In this document: positions 19,671-26,383 of the stretch, in pieces | Numbering within the stretch: the stretch's first letter is position 1 | How the letters are laid out: the number at the start of each line of letters is the position of its first letter | Assembly (NCBI RefSeq): GCF_003428155.1 | Contig: NZ_QLIR01000003.1 | Location: 1 to 32,000, forward strand | DNA length: 32,000 nucleotides | Direction of reading: 5' to 3' | Source of the DNA: Fastidiosibacter lacustris | GTDB taxonomy: Bacteria > Pseudomonadota > Gammaproteobacteria > Francisellales > Francisellaceae | Position numbers and translations under genes: made by a program | The notes under the pieces: model-generated | Databases searched by the model: none | What the model saw: the letters and a program-made list of their open reading frames with translations, nothing else | Told to the model about the DNA's origin: nothing

Positions 19671-19685
19671 CTTTTGGAGCATAAA

Positions 19686-20378
19686 ATGGTCATGAAAATA
19701 GAAAAGAAAATTATTGAATTTAAAATCGTGAAACCTGAGGAAAAACTAACAAATGTTACAGTAAAGTCATTAAAAAAAGAAAAATTACATCAGCAGATGA
19801 GTGAAAATATCAAACGCCCTGAATCATTGATAGGGGAAACTTATAAGATCAAACCACCTAATGCAGAACATGCCTTATATGTCACAATCAATGATATTAT
19901 ATTGAATGAAGGTACTGAACATGAAGTACGCAGACCTTTTGAGATTTTCCTAAGTTCTAAGAATATAGAGCATTTTCAATGGACTATTGCGTTGACACTG
20001 ATTATTTCAGCTGTCTTTCGAAAAGGGGGCGACATTACTTTCCTAGTTGAGGAATTACGCTCGGTATTTGATCCAAATGGTGGATATTTAAAGCGTGGTG
20101 GTAAATATATTCCGTCCCTAGTATCAGAAATTGGCGATGTCATTGAAAAACATTTAAAGAAAATTAACATGTTACCAGCGGGTGATTTGGATGAAAGTCA
20201 AAAGCTTTTTATTGCCGCTAAACGTGAGGAATTGGATAAGCGACAGCAGCCAAGTAATGATGCAACAACTAATTTTCCACCTGAATCTCAACTGTGTACT
20301 AAGTGCAATACTAAGGCAATGATAAATATGGATAACTGTTTGACTTGTCTAAATTGTGGCTACTCTAAGTGTGGTTAG
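19686..20378 (+). CDS. nrdJb: class II ribonucleotide reductase small C-terminal subunit NrdJb
   Basis: ETYKIKPP...ALYVTINDI...RPFEIFLSSKN..HFQW..ALTLIISAVFRKGGD..FLVEEL..VFDPNGGY matches the conserved C-terminal region of long class II RNRs. The Cys-rich tail is CTKCNT...CLTCLNCGYSKCG. The ATG at 19686 follows GGAG (19676-19679), while the track starts at a TTG at 19674. Confidence 0.85.
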   Translation: MVMKIEKKIIEFKIVKPEEKLTNVTVKSLKKEKLHQQMSENIKRPESLIGETYKIKPPNAEHALYVTINDIILNEGTEHEVRRPFEIFLSSKNIEHFQWTIALTLIISAVFRKGGDITFLVEELRSVFDPNGGYLKRGGKYIPSLVSEIGDVIEKHLKKINMLPAGDLDESQKLFIAAKREELDKRQQPSNDATTNFPPESQLCTKCNTKAMINMDNCLTCLNCGYSKCG

Positions 20379-20381
20379 ACA

Positions 20382-20876
20382 ATGCTTTACGCTTTTTTCT
20401 ATCTTGCCTTTTGCACTTATCTTGGCTTATTTCTCAAAAATAAAATTGCCATCACTTTTTTAGCAGTTTCAGTACTTAGTTGGTTTATTGTCAGAATTCC
20501 TGAAATCAATGCTGATTTATGGTATCGCTTTGTGCTGATGAGTTTGTCATATGCCACAGAGTTAGCTGTTTTACTTTATTTTTTGCCAAAAAAGGTTATT
20601 GAACTTACAAGACCTAATATACAAAAAAGTTTAATTATAGCCGCTGTTTTGCTGGTAATGTTTAGCTTAGCTGTTTTTGTTAGTAGCATTTTGATTCCTT
20701 ATATGCAACAGACTCTCATGCAACAAGCAAATGTAGACATTAACGGATTATTAAGCCAAATTGGTTGGTTGTATCGCTTTGGTTCATTCGCTGGCTGGTT
20801 AAGCTTTTTTACTTATCTATACCTTTGGATTGGCTTGACAAGGTTTAATGTAAAAATTCCAGTAAGCGTTATTTAG
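20382..20876 (+). CDS. hypothetical polytopic membrane protein (about 5 TM)
   Basis: 164 aa, starting 3 nt after the nrdJb stop. About five hydrophobic helices. I recognise no family. Confidence 0.5.
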   Translation: MLYAFFYLAFCTYLGLFLKNKIAITFLAVSVLSWFIVRIPEINADLWYRFVLMSLSYATELAVLLYFLPKKVIELTRPNIQKSLIIAAVLLVMFSLAVFVSSILIPYMQQTLMQQANVDINGLLSQIGWLYRFGSFAGWLSFFTYLYLWIGLTRFNVKIPVSVI

Positions 20877-20973
20877 CATTTCCTACTAAAAAACATTGAC
20901 CTATTATCGACTGTTATCAAATCGTACTATAAAACACCATGAAAACAAAATTTGAGTTCCTGACTATTTGGGC

Positions 20974-21001
20974 TTACATGGTTTTTACATGTTGATATAA
21001 T
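20974..21001 (+). promoter_or_regulatory. sigma-70 promoter (extended -10) for cydDC
   Basis: TTACAT (20974-20979), a 16-nt spacer ending in TGA, then TATAAT (20996-21001), 35 bp upstream of the cydD ATG. Confidence 0.55.
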
Positions 21002-21036
21002 GCCGCCATGAATTGTACGCTTTATAGATTGAATAG

Positions 21037-22830
21037 ATGTCAAATACTGCGCTTGAGCGTAAAAGTGCGCGCTTGTGGTTAAAATCAAAAGCAAAACCAG
21101 CAAAGCGATGGATCCAATTGACTGTTTTTGTGAGTTTTACAAGTGGTTTATTGTTAATTGGTCAGTTGTATTTATTAGCACACATTTGCTATGCCGCTTT
21201 TATCGAGCACTTATCGCAAACTCAACTTATTACTTATTTTATTGGAATTGCCATGATCGTATTGATTCGGGCAGGCTTATCATGGTTAAAAGAAATAGTA
21301 AGCTTTCAGGCAGCAGCATGTGTTAAACAGCAATTAAGAGAAGATATCATCTTGCATATTAATCGCTTGGGACCCATAAAGGCATCTACAATGAGTAGTG
21401 GTGAGCTCGTAAGCTCGGCAATGGAACAAGTAGAGGGAATGAATAATTTCTTAACTCATTTTTTACCACAGGTGACACTAGCTGGACTTATGCCTTTTGC
21501 AATTTTAATATTCGTCTTTCCACAAAGCATTGTTTGTGGATTGATTTTACTTATTTGTGCGCCACTTATTCCTTTGTTTATGATGTTGGTGGGATTGGGT
21601 GCTGAGAGCGAAAATCAGAAACATTTTAAAACTTTAGGACGGATAAGCTCAGTTTTTTTAGATACATTACAAGGCTTGGCAACGATTAGGTTGTTTAACC
21701 GGAGTAAGCAGCATGCTAAAGTCATCTTTAATTACTCAGATGAATATTGTATAAAAACAATGAAAGTACTAAGAATGGCTTTTTTATCTTCGGCAGTACT
21801 AGAGGTTTTCTCAGCTGCATCTATTGCACTTGTTGCGATTTATTTGGGCATGGGATTTATCAATAGTGCAAATACACATACCATTTGGTGGGTGTTTGAT
21901 AATATGACTTTACAAGGTGGACTGTTTATTTTGCTATTAGCACCTGAGTTTTTCCTACCATTGCGTGAGTTAAGTACACATTACCATGCTAAAGCCGAAG
22001 CAGTAGGTGCTGCTCTTGAGTTGCAAAAAATATTTGATTTACAGGAGGATAAAGGAGGCGTTCAACTTCCTTTTACTGAAAACATTCAATCCATTTCATT
22101 TAATCAATTAAGCTATAGTTATCATGGTAAAAGCCAATCGGCATTAAATAATATTTCATTAACAATAACAAAAGGACAAAAGATAGCAGTTATAGGTGCA
22201 AGTGGTGCGGGTAAAACAACTGTGCTTAATTTATTGATGAAATTTATACATGAAAAAAATAATAAACTCCTTATTAATGGATATACGCCTTTAAATGACA
22301 TAAACGAAAAAGATTGGCTTAAGAAAATCAGTTGGCTTGGTCAACATGCAGGTTTATTTAAAGGTAGTATAAGGTATAACTTATTGCTTGCTAAAGAACA
22401 TGCAACAGATGATGAATTATGGCATGCGTTGACGTTGGCAGCTTTAGATAAGGAAGTCAAAACATTTGCTGATGGATTGGATACGGAGCTAGGTGAACAA
22501 AACTTAGGTTTATCAGGTGGTCAAGCCCAGCGTTTAGCATTAGCACGAGCTTACCTTAAACCATGTGAATTACTGTTATTAGATGAGCCAACAGCAAGTT
22601 TAGATGAAAAAAACGAAACACTTATCATGGAAAGTCTAATTCGAAATTGGACGGATAAAACGGTGATCATGCTCACCCATCGTTTGGCTTTTTTGTCTAA
22701 AATGGATCACATTGTGGTCATGAATGAAGGTAAGATCGTCCAGCAAGGCAGCTTAGAAAGCTTATTAGCAGAAAAGTCAGGTTTTTTTAATGCATTATAT
22801 GCGTATCATATTGATAGAGAGGTGCATTAA
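21037..22830 (+). CDS. cydD: thiol reductant (cysteine/glutathione) ABC exporter subunit CydD
   Basis: Strong block identity with E. coli CydD as recalled: APLIPLFMMLVGLGA, LRMAFLSSAVLEVF..SIALVAIYLG, APEFFLPLRELSTHYHAKAEAVGAA. Walker A GASGAGKTT, signature LSGGQAQR, Walker B LLLLDEPT. Confidence 0.9.
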   Translation: MSNTALERKSARLWLKSKAKPAKRWIQLTVFVSFTSGLLLIGQLYLLAHICYAAFIEHLSQTQLITYFIGIAMIVLIRAGLSWLKEIVSFQAAACVKQQLREDIILHINRLGPIKASTMSSGELVSSAMEQVEGMNNFLTHFLPQVTLAGLMPFAILIFVFPQSIVCGLILLICAPLIPLFMMLVGLGAESENQKHFKTLGRISSVFLDTLQGLATIRLFNRSKQHAKVIFNYSDEYCIKTMKVLRMAFLSSAVLEVFSAASIALVAIYLGMGFINSANTHTIWWVFDNMTLQGGLFILLLAPEFFLPLRELSTHYHAKAEAVGAALELQKIFDLQEDKGGVQLPFTENIQSISFNQLSYSYHGKSQSALNNISLTITKGQKIAVIGASGAGKTTVLNLLMKFIHEKNNKLLINGYTPLNDINEKDWLKKISWLGQHAGLFKGSIRYNLLLAKEHATDDELWHALTLAALDKEVKTFADGLDTELGEQNLGLSGGQAQRLALARAYLKPCELLLLDEPTASLDEKNETLIMESLIRNWTDKTVIMLTHRLAFLSKMDHIVVMNEGKIVQQGSLESLLAEKSGFFNALYAYHIDREVH

Positions 22831-24482
22831 TGCGCGAGTTAATTCCTTTTTTAAGCCTTTTTAAAAATCAAGCAAAATGGATGTTTATTGGCACGGGTTT
22901 AGCATTTCTGGCGATTTTAGCTAGTATCGGTTTGTTATCCTTGTCAGGATGGTTTATTTCAGCCACTGGTTTTGTTGCAATTTCAAGTTATGCTGTTATG
23001 CAGGAGTTTAACTATTTTTACCCAGCTGCGGGGGTTCGCACTTTTTCTTTATTTCGAATTGTCACACGTTATGGTGAGCGGGTATTTACCCATGAAGCAA
23101 CGTTTAAAATTTTGACAGATGTGCGTGTATGGGTATACCAAAAACTTACTCCATTAGCCCCTGTACATTTGACACAATACAAAAGTGGAGACTTATTAAA
23201 TCGCTTAGTGAATGATGTCAATGCGCTTGATAATTTATACATTCGAATTATTTCACCAAGTTGTGTGCTTTTTTTATCAATTTTGGTTATTGGTATTTTC
23301 TTTAGTTTCTTTAGCATAGGGCTTGCGATCACTACGATGCTCTTGGCTTGTGTTGCAGGTTTTTTTATTCCAGTTGGTGTTGGAACACTATCGGCAAAGT
23401 ATGCGGCAAATTTAGCACAAGAGAGTGCGGAACTTAAAACAGCTATTACTGAACATATTCAATCTTTAGCAGAGCTTAAAGTTTTTGCAGCTGAAGATAA
23501 GCATAATAAGTTAATCCAAATACAAAATATGTCACTGATTCAAAGTCAGCAAAAGATGAGTTGTTATACTGGATTAAGTGCAGCATTAATGACTTTATTT
23601 TTAGGTTTAACTTTATGGTTTGGCGTTTGGATTGCTGTGGGACTTGTGCATAGTGGACATCTAAATGGTGCATTTATTGCCTTAATTGCATTGGCAATTA
23701 TGGGACTTTTTGAAGCGATAATGCCGTTACCTGTGGCGTATCAGTATTTAGGAGGTACATTGACCTCAGCTAAACGTTTACTACAAATTATTGATCAAAA
23801 GCCTACAGTTAGTTTTCCAGAGGGAAGTAGTGATAAAAAACCAGTTGATAATAGCATTCATTTTGAGGATATTGATTTTTGTTATCAAAATCGGACAAAG
23901 ATTTACCATCGTTTTAATCTTGCGTTAAAACCCAATGAGAAAGTAGTACTTTTTGGTACAACAGGTTGTGGTAAATCAACTTTGGTGAATTTATTAGCTC
24001 GATTTTTTGTACCACAAAAAGGTTGTATTTTGATCGGTGGAGTAGATATTAGTAAATTAAGTGAAAATCAGTTACGTCAACAAATGACGATTATTACGCA
24101 GCAGCCACATATTTTCAATGGCAGTATTCGTAATAATTTGTTGTTAGCAAATGAAGGTGCAACAGACGATATGCTTTGGGATGCGCTTGATGTCGTTGAT
24201 TTAAAGATATTTGTCGCAACCCTTGCAAATGGCTTAGACACATGGGTTGGTGAGCATGGTAAACATTTATCAAAGGGGCAAAAACGACGCTTGTCGTTGG
24301 CACAAGCAGTACTGTCACACAATCCAATATTAGTCTTAGATGAACCAACAGAAGGTCTGGATAAAGTGACGGAAGATCGGGTAATAAAAGCATTAAAAAC
24401 GGTTATGGACAATAAAACGGTTATTTTAATCACGCATAGCCGTAAATTGTTAACCTATGTAGATAGAGTAATTTATCTATAA
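22830..24482 (+). CDS. cydC: thiol reductant ABC exporter subunit CydC
   Basis: The ATG overlaps the cydD TAA (TAATG). Six-TM domain plus NBD with GTTGCGKST, LSKGQKRR and ILVLDEPT. 550 aa, the canonical partner of CydD. Confidence 0.85.
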   Translation: MRELIPFLSLFKNQAKWMFIGTGLAFLAILASIGLLSLSGWFISATGFVAISSYAVMQEFNYFYPAAGVRTFSLFRIVTRYGERVFTHEATFKILTDVRVWVYQKLTPLAPVHLTQYKSGDLLNRLVNDVNALDNLYIRIISPSCVLFLSILVIGIFFSFFSIGLAITTMLLACVAGFFIPVGVGTLSAKYAANLAQESAELKTAITEHIQSLAELKVFAAEDKHNKLIQIQNMSLIQSQQKMSCYTGLSAALMTLFLGLTLWFGVWIAVGLVHSGHLNGAFIALIALAIMGLFEAIMPLPVAYQYLGGTLTSAKRLLQIIDQKPTVSFPEGSSDKKPVDNSIHFEDIDFCYQNRTKIYHRFNLALKPNEKVVLFGTTGCGKSTLVNLLARFFVPQKGCILIGGVDISKLSENQLRQQMTIITQQPHIFNGSIRNNLLLANEGATDDMLWDALDVVDLKIFVATLANGLDTWVGEHGKHLSKGQKRRLSLAQAVLSHNPILVLDEPTEGLDKVTEDRVIKALKTVMDNKTVILITHSRKLLTYVDRVIYL

Positions 24483-24514
24483 ACGATGATTTAGAAACAT
24501 GACGAAGAAATATC

Positions 24515-25432
24515 ATGCAATCTTTAATACAAAGTAAAAAAGGTAAAAAAACGCATTTAAACTGCAAAGTTATGTTGGTTGTGCTTTTACTTCATATATT
24601 ACCTTATATTGCAGGTGCCAATACGACCAAAGTCATTTCGTTATCACCCAATACCACAGCAATTATTCGTAACGTTATTATGTTCGCTCAAAAAACTTCA
24701 GAAGAGGATAATGCCAAACTCATTGCCACAATTTACTATCCAGGTCAGCCAGAATATTATCAGCAATATGAAAATATCGGTTCATTCCAAGCATTAAACG
24801 TTACAAAAATATTGATGCTTAAACCAGATATTGTAATTACTTGGCAAGGGCAAACACAACCTCAAACCATCACATTGTTAGAGCGTTTTGGTATTAAAGT
24901 TAAGATATTTAATGCAGATAATTTAGAAGAACTAGGTAAGACATTTGTTGAAATAGGAACAGCTATTAATCTCAATCAAGCTGCAACTAAGTTGCAGCTT
25001 GATTTTATGCATAAAATCAATCAAGCCACCCAAAACAAAAACAAACCAAAACGTAGCATAACTTTACTTTTTCAATTAGCAGAAAAGCCCATTTTTGTAG
25101 CTGGTGGCAGTGGTATTTTAAATGACATTATCACGCGTTGTGGCGGAGAAAACGTTTTTAAAAGCATAAAGAAAGTCAGTTTTGAAACCGATGTCAGTGC
25201 GATATTAAAAGAAAATCCACAATTGATTATCATGCTTGGTACGATGAAGACAGCATGGCAAAAACAGCCAAATAGTATGTGGCAACAATGGACGTATCTT
25301 AAAGCTGTAAAAAATCACTTCGTTTATCAGCTATCATCCGATGAAATCTCCCAATTTTCCCCACAAATTGTAACTGGAATAATAAGCATGTGTGATATAC
25401 TCTCTAGCGCAAACTCACAACTACATCCTTAA
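24515..25432 (+). CDS. btuF: periplasmic substrate-binding protein, BtuF-like (vitamin B12-binding; Peripla_BP_2 type)
   Basis: VISLSPNTTAI, LKPDIVITWQG, LLERFGIKV, CGGENVF and SPQIV are colinear with E. coli BtuF as recalled. A signal-peptide-like segment MLVVLLLHILPYIAGA suggests the alternative start at 24572. Confidence 0.65.
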   Translation: MQSLIQSKKGKKTHLNCKVMLVVLLLHILPYIAGANTTKVISLSPNTTAIIRNVIMFAQKTSEEDNAKLIATIYYPGQPEYYQQYENIGSFQALNVTKILMLKPDIVITWQGQTQPQTITLLERFGIKVKIFNADNLEELGKTFVEIGTAINLNQAATKLQLDFMHKINQATQNKNKPKRSITLLFQLAEKPIFVAGGSGILNDIITRCGGENVFKSIKKVSFETDVSAILKENPQLIIMLGTMKTAWQKQPNSMWQQWTYLKAVKNHFVYQLSSDEISQFSPQIVTGIISMCDILSSANSQLHP

Positions 25433-25446
25433 GTGTAGGGGGATAT

Positions 25447-26183
25447 ATGTTACATAGTGCTTTTTTGGGGAATTATTAGGTTGTATAGTATTGATTTTAC
25501 TTGGTGGAGGTGTTGTTGCAGGGGTGCTATTAAAGCAGTCTAAAGCTGAAAATAGCGGTTGGATGGTGATTACAGCTGGCTGGGGATTTGCGGTAATGAT
25601 GGCTGTTTTTGTCGCACAAGCAGCAGGCTCAGATCAAGCAGATATTAATCCGGCAGTTACCTTGGCTAAATATTTATTAGGAGGAATTTATAACTCCATG
25701 TGGCAAGTAATTTCATTATGGTTTGCTCAGTTACTTGGCTGTTTTTTAGGAGGTGTTTTGGTATGGCTTAGCTATTACCCCCATTGGCAATATACTAAAA
25801 ATTCTCATTTTAAGCTGATGATATTTTCTACTCATCCTGCTATGCGCCATAAAGGTAGTAATTTTTTGACTGAGCTTATTGCGACAACACTTTTAATTAT
25901 TTTTGTTGGAGCGTTGATCAATTATGGCAATAAACTCCCTTTTGCTAATGGCAGCTTACCTTATGTATTTGGCTTTGCGGTGTGGGGAATTGGTCTATCT
26001 TTAGGCGGACCCACAGGTTATGCAATTAATCCAGCTAGGGACTTAGGTCCTAGAATTGCACATATGATCTTACCTATCAAAGGCAAAGGCTCAAGTGACT
26101 GGGGTTATGCCTGGGTGCCTATTTTAGCACCACTAACTGGGGCTGTTTTAGGTGTAATATTAATTCGAGTATTTATGTTTTAA
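25447..26183 (+). pseudogene. glpF: MIP-family aquaglyceroporin (GlpF-like) with a 1-nt frameshift near the 5' end
   Basis: Both NPA motifs are present (INPAVTLA, INPARDLGPR). The ATG at 25447 gives MLHSAFLGNY-stop. The main frame, readable from 25458 as CFFGELLGCIVLILLGGGVVAG, has a stop just upstream (TAG 25455-25457) and no ATG. One extra base in the T6G4 run (25461-25470) would give MLHSAFLGELLGCIVLILLGGG..., a normal MIP N-terminus. The track ORF 25491..26183 starts at an internal TTG. Confidence 0.7.
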
Positions 26184-26383
26184 AGCTGATTTTCCACTCA
26201 AATAAACTGTACTGTCAGATGTGTTATGACATTAATATGGATATATTTTAAAGCTTTTTTTGCCAAGTCTATGTGATAGAATACCAGCCTGAATTTTTGA
26301 TCTACTCCTATCATTAGTTATTTTGCATAAGTTTTTGCAAAGTAGTTTGTGATGGATATAAGCTAACAAACAGGACAATTAAG

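Noticed and set aside
20939-20995. 18-codon micro-ORF (MKTKFEFLTIWAYMVFTC) upstream of cydD.
   Set aside because: It has no SD, it overlaps the predicted cydD promoter hexamers, and it has no resemblance to CydX-type small proteins. Most likely a chance ORF.
21037-25432. The idea that the CydDC-like exporter-fold ABC pair plus the adjacent BtuF-like binding protein form a novel exporter-fold B12 or heme importer.
   Set aside because: The two ABC proteins match genuine CydD and CydC block by block, including CydD-specific transmembrane motifs. btuF is often unlinked from its permease, so adjacency alone is insufficient evidence. The absence of cydAB in the window is unremarkable, because cydDC is unlinked from cydAB in E. 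coli as well.
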